NCBI GenBank assembly: GCA_003693705.1
Contig: RBZT01000435.1
Span: forward strand, 124,001 to 188,000
Direction of reading: 5' to 3'
DNA from: Polymyxa betae A26-41
Taxonomy: Eukaryota; Protista; Endomyxa: Phytomyxea
DNA length: 64,000 bases
The notes below the pieces were generated by a model. It saw only the letters and a list, made by a program, of their open reading frames with translations, was not told the origin of the DNA and made no database searches. The position numbers and the translations under genes are program-made. Shown in pieces: positions 39,632-56,072 of the stretch; position 1 is the first letter of the stretch, and each line of letters opens with the position of its first letter.

Positions 39632-41386
39632 ATGCCACATCGGCGTGATTCGCTCTATTCATCCAACAATGATGAACAGCAAACATTCCTAACGTCATTG
39701 GAACAGCGCCAATCGCTTACAAGCCATAGACAAATATTTCTCCAAGAATCCCATCATCGGCGTAGCTCGTTTAATGACAGCCGTCGCTCATCCATCGCGC
39801 GCCGTCGTTCATCTTCCGCAAAGTCGCACCTCACTGCACTCTCTCAACAGAATGAAGCCTCTGATGAGGCAAATGCAGCTAAAAATACCCATGAATTGCA
39901 AAGTTACGATCGCCCTCGCAAGGATGCAGGGTCTCGTTTTAAACAAACCATCATCGTGCTGGGTGACCTGTCAAAACTGTCTCCCGAATCTGTTTGTAAC
40001 TCTAGGCATGTCTGTGCCATAAGCGCCTTAGGAGAATCTCCAATCCACCCCATTACCAAGATTGTGGTGAGCTCCAGTGGCTGTGTAGCCTTACTGAACG
40101 ATCACAACCAGGTTCACTTGATTGGCAATATCTCTGCTATCGGGTTATCTCCTCATCATACAATGATCGGGACGGGATATCGCGATATCGCCATGCTATA
40201 TTCAGTGTTGATTTTACTGGATTCTAACAGCATTGTCAGTATTCAATCCCAATCGGCCCCTAAGCCTTGCCAGTTTTTCAGCAAAGTTCCTATTCGACAG
40301 ATAGCTAGCTCGGATCGTCATGCTGCCTTAGTCTCAGGTGAGTTGACCATGCGAACAGAATACGAATTTGATGCATGTGTGTAGAATCTGGGGAACTATA
40401 TACGTTTGGATCTTCCCAGGGAGGAGCATTAGGACATGGTAGAGAGTGGCCAGATGAACCTGAGCCTCGTCTAGTACAAGCTTTGCAAGGCCAAAAAGTA
40501 CGATCTTCCTCATGCGGAACAATGTTCACAGTGATTGTCGTCGACGAATATCATGTTGGTAGCGACGACACATTGTTCATCGTTTACAGCTGCGGTAATC
40601 ATCATTGGAGAATACCTTGAAGTTAATCAAGGAAACTCATTGAAAATTCAGGGCTAGGATGTAATGGGCGGTAAGTTGATTTAGATTGTGCTGATACTTA
40701 TCTTACACAGAGCCTTCACAGATTAGGACATGGAGATTTTGACAGTCGATGGGTTCCATCCGTTATTAATGCATTGTCAGATCCGGTATGAACTGTATTG
40801 TTCTGTTTTATTGCTAAGTGTCGCTTAGATTGCAGCAATCTCTTGTGGCGATTGTCATTGCCTAGCGCTCATGAGCTCGGGAATTGTCTACTCATGGGGA
40901 GGAAATTCATACGGGCAGCTTGGATATGAGAGCTCAGATTCAGCTATTCCGAAGGCCATCTCTCTAGAAGATATAACAGTGTCGGCAATTTCAGCGGGAA
41001 ACGCTCATTCGGCTGTTTTGACAACAGGAGGAAAACTATACATGTTTGGATCAAATCGATACGGGCAATTAGCTGTCAATAAGAAGCAAATCTTAGGCGT
41101 AAGCAAAGCTCCCATGGCCTCGACTGAATTAGCACATGTTGAAATCGAGCGTATTTTCTGTGGAGTCAACTTCACAGTAACCGCCGTTCGCGAGTTAATT
41201 CATACGAAGATATGCGACAAGCAATCACGAAGACGGCCATCAGCTGACGAATTTTGCTACCAAAAGCCACAACTCGATGTTGCTGACCGCCATCATGAGA
41301 CAGCCGGATTTAGTTCCCAGAGTGACTATCACAGCTACATCGTCATAGACGAAATGTTTGCACAATCTTCAGTCCTCCATTCATAA
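39632..41386 (+). CDS. RCC1-repeat protein
   Basis: GELYTFGSSQGGALGHG, ISCGDCHCLAL...VYSWGGNSYGQLG, SAGNAHSAVLTTGGKLYMFGSNRYGQL. Confidence 0.88.
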
Positions 41387-41405
41387 TTTAACATAGACAG
41401 GCCAT

Positions 41406-41950
41406 TTACAGAAACTTTGGATTCGATGTTTTTTCCTGCAGCGAGGCCGACCATTTCTTCCAAGTCATTAAGGCATACGAATATGCAATCAGTATCAGCT
41501 GGTCTGTTCGAACATTGAGCCCGTTGCGAAGATCAATCAAAGCATCATCGATCTGATTCCTATAACTTCTGAATAATGGCATGATGAATGCATTGTAGAT
41601 ATAATGTGCTCCCTGCGCCCTAGGGAAAGCCAGCCAGAGTATTATTGCAGTCCTGATGCTCCAATACATAGGAAACCTACGTATATACAATTCGAATGCA
41701 AGCATAAGACAAAGCTATGTCTTACCATGAAGTAATCGGCCGTAAAACCCGGTCAATGACTTTGAATATACAGAACACAACCTTAATCGAATTAGCATCG
41801 CCTTATCAAAGGACATTAAATAAGTACCCAATAAGTCAGCCATTGGTTAGATTCCGTCTTCTTGTCCTCTGTCAGTGACACGATGCTAGCATATGCTGGA
41901 TGTGCAATCCCAACTGTAATCAGAGCACTATGGGATAGAGCAGCACCCAT
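41406..41950 (-). CDS. REEP/HVA22/Yop1-family ER-shaping protein
   Basis: HPAYAS...QWLTYW|VVF...FPMY...LWLAFPRAQGAHYIY...QIDDAL. Confidence 0.9.
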
Positions 41951-42128
41951 AGCAGTACTGATTGCTTAAAAGCAAGAGTGAGCTTGTTAATCGCAACTTT
42001 GGATGAAAAATTTCGAAAAAATTGCCGTCAAACTTCGCAACTTTCTCAATATTTTCAACTTTGTTACCGAATGGCTTCCATTGTTATCCGTTACCGCTGC
42101 AGAGCGCTGTTTTTATCTCGCGATCATC

Positions 42129-46650
<4,522 letters not shown>

Positions 46651-46720
46651 CAACACTAATTTATTCCCAACAAATGTTCAATTCATCACAATGTTTTTGT
46701 TCTCATGTATTTTATTGTGT

Positions 46721-48746
46721 TTAGAGACATGTTCGAATTGATCGGTCGACGATGTGTTCGGCGATCCGTAAGCTAGCGACGAGCGCATCACGAGCCATCA
46801 GCACGGATTTATTGAGCGCTTCTGCAGACACAGTTATGATAGCCACAATAGCGATAATGATGAGTTACCATCTGGCAGATGATCTTTGATGTTCTGCCAG
46901 CTAGATACGATCGATTGTAGGGCGGTCTTCTCCACTTCATTCATTACAGACCCATCCTGATTTGTAAGAGGCTGTCTCCGGAACACAATCAAATGCTGCA
47001 CAAAATACAATCAGCGATCAGACATCGTCATCAACCCGCACCCGCCAACCTGCAGACGCAGCAATGTGGCCAGGTCGTACTGCACCGCCATCTGTTCGCA
47101 TTTCTCATGCAGAGCGGCTTTCTCAACAATCGCAACGAGTCGTTCAATCGGTGTCACGGTCTGAGCTTTATTGGCGTCCTCGACGATCTGAAGGCGTGTA
47201 CAGATCGCCTTCAGGGCCGCCTGCTTGGCCACGGCCGTCCCGAACTTCGTGTGCGGCAACGCCGCCAATATCCGGTACTTATTCGACAGGTTGCGGGCGA
47301 CCCGGTCGTCCAGTACCGCGCGGACGACGGCGGCCACGGTGACGTGATGGGCGGCCGCCACCTCCAACAAACGGAACAGGCAGTGTTCGACACGGCCCGC
47401 GACATCCGACGACTGCGGGTCGATCAGGAATGCGGCCAGGTACGGGAGCAGTACGTCGGTCTGCGCGGCGTACTGGCCCGGGTCCAGGTCGATGCAGCCG
47501 GCCAGCAGTGTCAGCAGCGCACCGACATTGATCGGGATATCGTAACTTTGTTCTGCAGTTTTGTTCGACGCGGACGCCGAGACGGGTTCGGATTGGAGAA
47601 CGTTCCGGGATCCATTGGCGAGGAAGGCGTCCACGAATTTGGCAGGTTTGATGCATAGAGCAGGACGGCGATGATCATGTGTGAGAGGTAGATCGATCTG
47701 ATCTAACGTTACCAATGACATGGGCTCCTGTAACATTAGTTCCATTAACAGATCAACAACATATCGTCAGATCCATCAGAACCAGGACCACGGAATTTGA
47801 ACTTTGAAAAACATTGAAATGAAAGGAATTTTTGGAAACAAAATGACAAAATTCGGCAATAAAATCGTACTCGATCAGTATTTGATGCAGTAGCTAACAT
47901 GAGCATAGCAGCCCGATGTACAACGAATGGATCCGGATGAGTAGCAGCTAGATACCAAAGAAACCGGATCAGATCATTGATGGCGTCGCGCTGGCCCCGG
48001 AACCGCCGACAGAACGCATTCGATTCGAACGGCTGTATGAGCAGGTCGCTGAGCTTCTCGGTCGAGTCTGTTCTCTTCCCAAGTCAGCCCCAAACCCTAA
48101 AACCCTAAAACCCCCAGACCAGCATCGTTGCAGTTCTGGAGCAACTGCGCGAGCTCGGCGATCTTCAGCGCCGGGCGTCGCAACACCGCCGTCGTACTGG
48201 CCGTCGCCGGCCCGACCCAGGTCAGCTCCGAGTCCTTATCCACTTCGAACGTCTGCGCTCGCGTCTCCGCCTGCACAACGCTTCTCTCAGTGATTAGAAC
48301 AGCGGGTGGGCGAGTACGACGTAACGATTTCCTCGCGCGCGATCTCTTCCCGAATTCGTTCGAGCTCGCGCTGCGTGGTCTGCTCGACCTGTAGGCTCTC
48401 GTTCAGCATCGATTCGATTCGTGCCTGCGAGAGAAATCGTTCAGTTTATTTTTCACAAATTAAAAAAATCCCAAAAAATGACAAGAGCTCTGTCAACCTA
48501 CTTTCTGCTCCTGTCGTTCGCGATTTCTGCTCAGAAATAGATCGAATTCGTCATGGGGATCGGCGTTTCTGGAATCGGGCCTACAACGCTGTCAGACAAG
48601 ACGATCGTTTCTGAAGCCGTGCCGGCCCAGCAACACGGCGATCCAACATGGCCGGACTTGGGGGAGGTCCTCTTCCTGCGGATGACACGATCGTCGGGGT
48701 CGTTCTCCAGCACCGACAGGTCGATCTCGTCGTCCGATTGCGTCAT
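46721..48746 (-). CDS. Hypothetical multi-exon protein with helical C-terminal region
   Basis: 244-aa internal open segment (47011-47745) plus flanking exons with canonical splice sites. No family recognised. Confidence 0.6.
48091..48115 (+). repeat. Interstitial telomere-like repeat (CCCTAAAA) x~2.5
   Basis: caaaccctaaaaccctaaaaccccc, apparently within an intron. Confidence 0.6.
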
Positions 48747-49227
48747 TCGGGCTGGGTCGGTTGGCAGGGGGCAAGTACGGCCACGCTTCTGGATCGGGTC
48801 GTGCTGAACCCGGTCGCAGCACGCAATTGAAGCTGTGTCGCACCTCATGAAACCGCCGATTTCCAGATTCCAATTTTCGATGTTTATTCGACGGGTGGAG
48901 ATGATGTTAATTTGTCCATATCTTATATACAGTATAGAGGCAGGAATTTATATCAATACAGGTAACGTTGGGTTGGTCTGACAGGTAGATCATTCGTTAC
49001 TGAATATAATCTGAAAGTGGAATGATGATTCTGGAAGATTCAGGACCAGTCTGGGTCTATACAGTGACACATAGCAGTATAGAGCATAGCTGTATGGAGA
49101 GGAAATATCGATAGGAAGGGGAAATCGGTCATATGGATCACGCACTCTCTATATCTGATAGTATAACAAGAGAGTATCTATTAGAGATCTATCAGCAGAT
49201 AGACACGAAAGGGGACCCGAATAGATC

Positions 49228-50532
49228 ATGGCAACAGATCGTATTAAGACGGGTCTCTTGATGCTAAATATGGGTGGACCGGGCCAGCTCAACCAGGTCA
49301 ATGCGTTCCTGCGTCGTCTATTCACCGACCCCGATATCATTCAGCTGGGCCGATTCCAATCCACACTGGTCCGTCACCGCTTGGCGGCGCCGTCGTACTC
49401 GCCCCCTGACTACGATCTAGGGACGTTTCATAGCGGACCGCAGGACGGGGAAGATCGCGAACCAGTACGCGCGCATTGGCGGCGGCAGCCCGATCCGTCA
49501 TTGGACGGAGCTGCAGGCCCAGGCGCTGGGCCAGTACCTGGATCGGGTATGTCCGGAGTCCGGCCCCCATCGGGCCTATATCGGGTTCCGATATGCGGAT
49601 CCGCTCACAGAAGACGCTCTACAACGTATGAAGGACGATGGCGTGACCCGGGCTGTGGCCTTCAGCCAGTATCCGCAATATTCGTGTACGACCTCCGGAT
49701 CCAGTATCAATCATCTATGGGATACGCTCAGGCGCATGGGCCTGCACGACCGATTCCAATGGTCCCTGATTGATCGCTGGCCCACACATGCGGGGTATAT
49801 AGAGAGGTGAGGAGAAAACCCCAAAACCCTACCTGATGTTGTCTGCTGCTGGTGCTGATGATGATGTTAGTGTGGCGGAGTGCGTACGGCGTGGTCTCGA
49901 TCAGATCCCAGCTGGGCCAGCCCGGGACCAGGCCGTACTCGTGTTCTCATCACATTCGTTACCATTACGTGTCGTAGAACGTGGTGATCCGTATGCACAG
50001 GAGATGGCTGCTACCGTCCAGATGGTCGTACAGGCTCTGGGTCATACCCATGCGTACGTCCACGCCTGGCAATCCAAGGTCGGTCTCCTACCATGGATTG
50101 GTCCGAATACGGCCCACGTACTCCGTGGCCTGGGCCAGCACGGACACCGCCACGTCGTGGTCGTACCGATCGGGTTCACATCCGACCATATCGAAACGCT
50201 ATACGAACTCGATATCGAATACGCCGGTATGTGGGGGGTCCTCCTGTTCCGGGGTGGTCGTACTGGCTCTCGCTTGATGAGTTCTGTTTACAGAGGTGGC
50301 TAAAGAGGCCGGCATTGAAACGTTCGTGCGCGCACCGTCGCTGAATGATTCGCCCCGGTTCTTGACCGCATTGGGGGAGATCGGTGCCGACCATCTACGG
50401 AGCGGGGCGGTCGCCACGCGCCAGTACGCCCTGCAGTGCGCGTACTGTACGAGCCCGCGATGCCGACAGATCCTGAACCCGGTCCGGTCGTACCAAAATC
50501 TGCGCCAGCAGGCCCAGGCGGCCGCCTTATGA
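49228..50532 (+). CDS. FECH: Ferrochelatase
   Basis: KTGLLMLNMGGP, IGGGSPI, QYPQYSCTTSGSS, FSSHSLP, WQSKVG, FTSDHIETLYELD, C-terminal CAYCTSPRC. Confidence 0.96.
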
Positions 50533-50560
50533 CCAATAATAATAATACAGCAACAACAGT

Positions 50561-51419
50561 TTATTCGGGCACCGCCTGCACCTGCAGCAGCTGACAATGA
50601 TCGCAGGCCAGGATCAGGCCGCCGTACTTGTCCGTGCGAAACCGGGGCCGGCACGGCCACGGATGTGATTCGAGCTGGACGGAGAGATGCCGACGTAGCT
50701 GGTGGAGGTCGCCGATCTCCGCCGATTTCTGTTAGGAGACGGATCAGATGGGAGCGAGTCGAGCCTCGGGCGCGTACGACCGACCGGAATTCGCAATGTG
50801 CACGGGCAGGCAAATATGGGGCCAAGATCGTGGACGTTATCGCGCTGACATACCGGGCATAGTCTGATTACAACCATTCATGGTCGGGATAAAGAGAAAT
50901 TGAACTTTTCAAAAAAAGTGAAAAGAAAAATGGAACGTTTCAGAACCAGTGAAAAGAAAATGAAACTATTTAACAAAAGTGAAAAGAAATATGGAACTTT
51001 TAAAAAAAAAGTGACAAATAAAATCGAAATGTTGCTGACACATGAGTCTGTGTAATATCAATTGATGTATCCATCTGTATATCCTGACAGGATGCTTCAT
51101 ATAGCTGCAGATCGGCATCAATCAGATCGACGGCGGCGGCGTCATCATCCTCGGCCAGGAGACGATCGATCTGCTCGGCCGTGAATCCCGTATAGAACAG
51201 CTCGGCGCCGGCCTGTACGACACCCCCCTTCAACACCCAGCGTCATGGCCCAGCATGCCCCGGCCTGACCTGATACGATGGCGATTGACGAAGGCGGTGA
51301 ATCGAGGCCAGCCTCCCGGCCTTGTTCCGCTGCAGGAAGGCGGCCTGCAGCTTCTGGCGCCATTGGCGTTGAGCCAGGATGGCGCCCTCGCTCTTCAAGG
51401 GCGATCGTTTGGGGTTCAT
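50561..51419 (-). CDS. RPAIN: RPA-interacting protein (RPAIN/RIP)
   Basis: N-terminal WRQKLQAAFLQR, acidic middle, C-terminal zinc finger LCPVCQ...FACPC...H...LACDHC. Confidence 0.75.
50889..51032. repeat. Intronic ~30-bp degenerate minisatellite
   Basis: Units starting GTGAAAAGAAA...TG(G/A)AAC at about 50918, 50949 and 50979, a more diverged unit at 51011, and a partial unit before them. Confidence 0.75.
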
Positions 51420-51579
51420 GATGCCGCGCCCATATCAAGATCGAATTCGCACACGAACTAGAAAGTGCGTTGCTGCTTTTGGAAGATTTATTTTACGGAT
51501 ATTTTTATGATACGTAGTTATTGAAGATGTCCGCGACGGTAATTCCCTAAAACGCAACAAGAAGCAGAGGTTTCCTCAG

Positions 51580-51870
51580 GTTTTTTTCCGCAAACTGAGT
51601 TGGGGCAAGTGCCAACCTAATTGATATTCAGTTTTACGAAAGAGCATCCCGAATTGATTTGGATGTCTTCGATAAGCCCCATTAAGTAGGTTGGGACTTG
51701 CAGTGCCCGTTGTCTAAACCCTCCTGAAACGACACCGAGCTGTCAAGTGTGTTTCCTAAATCCACAACGCACCTCGATTCTAAACTTCACCACAACATAC
51801 TGAAAGTCTCAGTTTAACTTAGACCCTGACCACAGTCTGATAGTTCTGGGTTTAGCAGGAACGCAAGAAA
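51580..51870 (+). ncRNA. Candidate structured ncRNA (RNase P/MRP-like topology or telomerase-RNA-like)
   Basis: Several long nested and crossing helices in an ORF-free gap; G-U pairs favour the + strand; contains CTAAACCCT. Confidence 0.4.
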
Positions 51871-51958
51871 TGGCGTAAAACGTGACAGAGTCGCAAGTCA
51901 ATTATCATCGACGAACTAGACGATTCCATTCTATTCCAGTTTCAGTACAATTATTACT

Positions 51959-52978
51959 TTATTGAATGGCTAAAGACTTTAAGTGCAATCCTGACTCGCA
52001 ATCAGAATGCGAGCTAATCGCGTTTTGATGGTCCGATGCGAATCCGGAATCAGAAGCGTCCTCAGATAGGTTAGCAGCATCATCATCCTCGTCGTCATGA
52101 GAGGACACAGGCAGGTCATAAGGATCACGAGCGTTGTTATCTTCATCGTCCGAACTCGACTGGCTAATCATGAGCATATCACGACGAGGTCCATTAGCAC
52201 TAGCCAGCCATTCATTCTGAACCTGAACGATTTCCTGGCTAGTTTCACAACCATCATACAGATCAAACAACTCCCTACAATGTGATCAGAGATGAAGAGA
52301 CATCCAGAACGAATCGTCACCTATTAACTTCTATGAACCCGGGACCCCATTTGAACTTCTCTAACAGCTGTTCAGCATGAGAGCGAAAACCAGTCAGTAT
52401 CAATGTCGCTGCTATAGCTTCAACGCAGCTCAGCTTCATAGGACGTCCATAATTGACAGGATTGCCAGCCACCATAAACGGCACTGATCTTTACAATCAG
52501 CATAGCAATAACAGAATCTCACCATAACTTACATAAGCGATTCGAACCGCTTTTCAGCTTCTGAAAAGGAACAGAATCGAGCTCATTCCAAGAGCAGTCG
52601 ATAACACCAATGCCGGATTCTATGACAAGATCTCGATCCTCTTTCGAGATCGATTTCTGACCTTTCGGGCTTAGAACGACTCCGGACCACCTCTGCTGGA
52701 TTCGTAGCTCTCGCAGAAACCCTAAACGCTTGTCAATCGATGCTTGGTCACGATCATCTGAATCCCAGACCCATTCGCGATAGTTTCTTTCCAGTGCATC
52801 GTTTCGAATCGCATTGACCGAAATCCCACATGGCCAATTTAAAGGGAAAAGGTTGGCGAATCGGATCGTCTTCGTCATCATCGCTTGCTATATCCCGCCT
52901 CCGCTGAATATGATGGCCAGATTTGACCTGGGTTCGATTCTTCACTTTTGACCGATTGGATCCATCACGACGTCCCAT
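51959..52978 (-). CDS. TSR3: 18S rRNA aminocarboxypropyltransferase Tsr3
   Basis: [53 protein letters not shown], acidic tail. Confidence 0.96.
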
Positions 52979-53277
52979 TTCGTGTTGTAATGTCCAACGG
53001 GTCCTCTCTCACCGATTCGCTGAATCGGCATTGGAAAGCGCGCGACTGCGCACTTTATTCTTCTTGCGCGCAACAAATATCAACATCTACACTTTTTGAG
53101 GCTTTGATTATTTTTCGAAGTTCGCCACCAATTTGGATTCGCTTTGAGATGTAGTTTGAGTGATTTACGTTGTAATCATATGGTCGAATCCATTTACATA
53201 CGAGTTACGTTACGGTGTGTAACTGAACAGGCAAGGCGACAGCAATCGATCTGGGCGGGTACTACGGTTCTGTTGTG

Positions 53278-54726
53278 ATGAGCATGAACGAGGCCGATCA
53301 TGCGGCCGCTGTGATCCAACGCCGAGCTCGAGGCCATAAACGTCGCCACCGTTATGCCAGACAGTTGGAGCGATTGATGATGATTGAGATGGAGGCCGAA
53401 CACGGCGAGCGGTATCGGGTACAGCAATGGTGTAATGTCCTTCCCGTCCAGAATCATGACAGTCTGCGACCCGAATTACGTCCCGTCCTGAATAAGTTCG
53501 CCATATCTCACCGGAACAAGACCGGCGATCGATTATACTATAATTATTCGGCCCATCTGTCAAACGTTGCTGAAGTCGTCGGGCGAGAATTGCGTCGATG
53601 TCGACGTTTAAACGGTATCCCGGGTTTGATTCACGTCCGGGACGAAGTCGTGCAAATCAAAGATGAAATTGTAGTCACAATCGAAGCGCATGTTAATGAC
53701 AAACCTCTGCTCGAGCACATAGTCGGTTTAGATCCCGATCGCTACAATGGATTCTATGTCCGGACTATAATCGCATCGGTAGTGCAGATAGTCGGTTCGA
53801 TGCATGATCGCGACATCGTCTGCGGTCATTTAATGCCATCAAAATTATATCACGACGGCACTAGCTTGAAGCTGATGCCGTTCGGCCTGGGGAAGTACAT
53901 GCCCATCGCGGACCAGCATTACTTCATTCCTGACCTAGAATGCTTTATAGCCCCTGACATTGTTCACAACCACGGTGCCTATCGTCCATGGTCCGATGTG
54001 TATTCGATCGGGGCCTTGATGTATCTCCTAATGACCGGAACTTACTTCACCGGCGACGATCTGGCGGCTGCGCCGTTGTCGGACGACGCTCGTGACCTGA
54101 TGAGTTTGCTGCTGGACAGGAGGCAATTCTACCGGCTGAAGATTTCCGAAATCTTGCAACATCGGTGGTTTAGTAATGACGGCAGCGATAACAAGAACAA
54201 CTGGGGTGAAATTCAATCGAATATCTCTCAGCTGGTCAACGAAAGAGCGTTATATGATCGAGTTCTAAGGCGATTTGCGAATAGCGAAAATCGACGTTTG
54301 TTGACGCTGAGGTTTTGTCGATTACTGGATTATGATGCCTGCCCTGGGTTCGGGAGACTATCATCGGATCTACCAGAAGTCAATGAAGCTCTGAAGCACG
54401 CAATCGAGAAGCTCAGCTCCCTGTATCTGTCGCAGGATGAACCAGAACGATCGCATATAAACCCGCTGGAAGTGTTGGCTGGTATCGTCAAAGGCATCGC
54501 ATCCGATCAGAAGCCATCGCAAATCCAGACACGAGCTCGCTCATCGAAACTCGATCTGCACTTCGCCAAGTCGCAGGAGGGTGGTGCGATGTCGCCGGAG
54601 GACAGAATCGGCGCCCAGGTAGAAACAAAAGTTCAATCTGACGGTCAACCATCGAAAATTACAAATGAGCCTACAGAGGGCTCCTCTTCAGATCAACAAC
54701 AGCAGCTGGCGCAGCCCAACTCGTAA
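53278..54726 (+). CDS. IQ-motif CAMK-like pseudokinase
   Basis: IQRRARGHKRR; kinase C-lobe motifs FIAPD, SDVYSIGALMYLLMTG, LSDDARDLM, ILQHRWF; catalytic motifs degenerate. Confidence 0.8.
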   Translation: MSMNEADHAAAVIQRRARGHKRRHRYARQLERLMMIEMEAEHGERYRVQQWCNVLPVQNHDSLRPELRPVLNKFAISHRNKTGDRLYYNYSAHLSNVAEVVGRELRRCRRLNGIPGLIHVRDEVVQIKDEIVVTIEAHVNDKPLLEHIVGLDPDRYNGFYVRTIIASVVQIVGSMHDRDIVCGHLMPSKLYHDGTSLKLMPFGLGKYMPIADQHYFIPDLECFIAPDIVHNHGAYRPWSDVYSIGALMYLLMTGTYFTGDDLAAAPLSDDARDLMSLLLDRRQFYRLKISEILQHRWFSNDGSDNKNNWGEIQSNISQLVNERALYDRVLRRFANSENRRLLTLRFCRLLDYDACPGFGRLSSDLPEVNEALKHAIEKLSSLYLSQDEPERSHINPLEVLAGIVKGIASDQKPSQIQTRARSSKLDLHFAKSQEGGAMSPEDRIGAQVETKVQSDGQPSKITNEPTEGSSSDQQQQLAQPNS

Positions 54727-54860
54727 TTTTCCAAATGAAACGTTTCTGGCGCGGCCACATGAGTGGCACTGCTAAAATTTTCATTGAAAACAAGTTGAGA
54801 AATAGGAAATATCTGAGTAGCGGCACGAGTGCATATGGGGCCATTTGGTAGTGGCGCCGA

Positions 54861-56011
54861 ATGACAATGGTGAAGCACGAGGTCCCATGGCGGAACTCGA
54901 GCCCGAAACCGGCTTCGTCCCAGGACGGGATCGGGAACGCAGGCGAGACGCGGCGTTTCCGAAGCGATAAGCTTCAGGAACTGGATCGGCAGCATGCTGC
55001 AACGGCCGCCTTCCATCTGCCGGCTGTTCTCCCGAAACCTGACAAAGAGCTGGAGAAGGCCACCGAAATCGCCTTGTTTCGGCAGAACTTCCCAGAGATC
55101 GGTCTCGATGAGATTCTGAACACTTGGTCGCCTGGCACAGATCTGACGAATGCTGCATGGGGCTATTATCGTCAACGAAAACAAGCACGAGAGGATCGAG
55201 CCTGGGATCGAGCTGATGAATGGACCATGATTTTGCGCGAAAGCGAGCAATGGAATGCGACAAGCCGCGCTGGGATGTTCAAATTCTCTGGTAACGCCAA
55301 TGTCAAAGATTACCCGCCCTCGCCTGTTTGGTATAAGCTGTCGGATACACCCAAGACAGCGCGATGGGCGAAGAACGCTTTGTGCGTCGGCAACTTGCTT
55401 GGACAGGATTTTCTGGACCAGATGAGCGCTGCAGAACATCGCCGAAGACTGCACGATCACATCAGGCATCGCGAAAGTTTGCATCGACAAGAGAACCTCG
55501 TTCGTGAACGTCGCATTAAGACTGTTTTTCGGCGGAAATTGAAGCGGCAGCCTCACCAAGAAAAAGGAAGGGAGAACAACGAGCAGCCAGATGTGTATGA
55601 GAGGCTGCTCGATCTGACTTCAAACAAAGTGAAGCCAGATTTCACTCCGGAGAATGACATCACGACGATCGTTCAGTCATTCCAAACTGCCGTTCGACGA
55701 GTCGTTCCTCATCTTAACCTTCACTTGCTGCAGACGTACCCTTTACCGGAACATATCGCCAGAACCGCAAAAAATCAAGTTTTGAGCTCTCGACGCCAGA
55801 AAAGTAATACGTGTTTTTTTATCGCTGCAGCTCACTGAATTGCTCAACAGAGCGGGAATTAAATGACAAAGCAACAGCTCGATCTGTTGCGGTACAAATT
55901 GAGCACTTTGAAAGAATGCTGAATGCACGCAGATTACAGACGCAAATGTCGGCGGCGGCCGAAGACAGTGCTGCTATTGCGAATAATGAGCTTCTAGAAA
56001 AAACATATTAA
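54861..56011 (+). CDS. Hypothetical protein
   Basis: 325-aa open segment plus a final exon after an intron near 55804-55850; charged and helical, no family recognised. Confidence 0.65.
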
Positions 56012-56072
56012 AGAACCAAATCAGTGAGCAACAATGAAGCGTTTTTATTCACTCTGTATTTGGAACTGTCAA

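Noticed and set aside
46993-47658. Long antisense ORFs (also 307-834, 42084-42680, 54693-55559, 62242-62814)
   Set aside because: Shadow frames of GC-rich genes on the opposite strand, with no motifs.
48900-49160. Box C-like ATGATG and box D CTGA motifs
   Set aside because: No terminal stems or convincing rRNA complementarity.
51545-51553. CCCTAAAAC as a template for TTTTAGGG telomeres
   Set aside because: Only one repeat plus 1 nt, and it is followed by a T7 run that would stop a Pol III transcript.
51670-51700. Minus-strand ACTTAATGGGGCTTA matching RNase MRP CR-V
   Set aside because: No GAAAGTCCCC-type CR-I at a suitable distance on that strand, and G-U pairing favours the plus strand.
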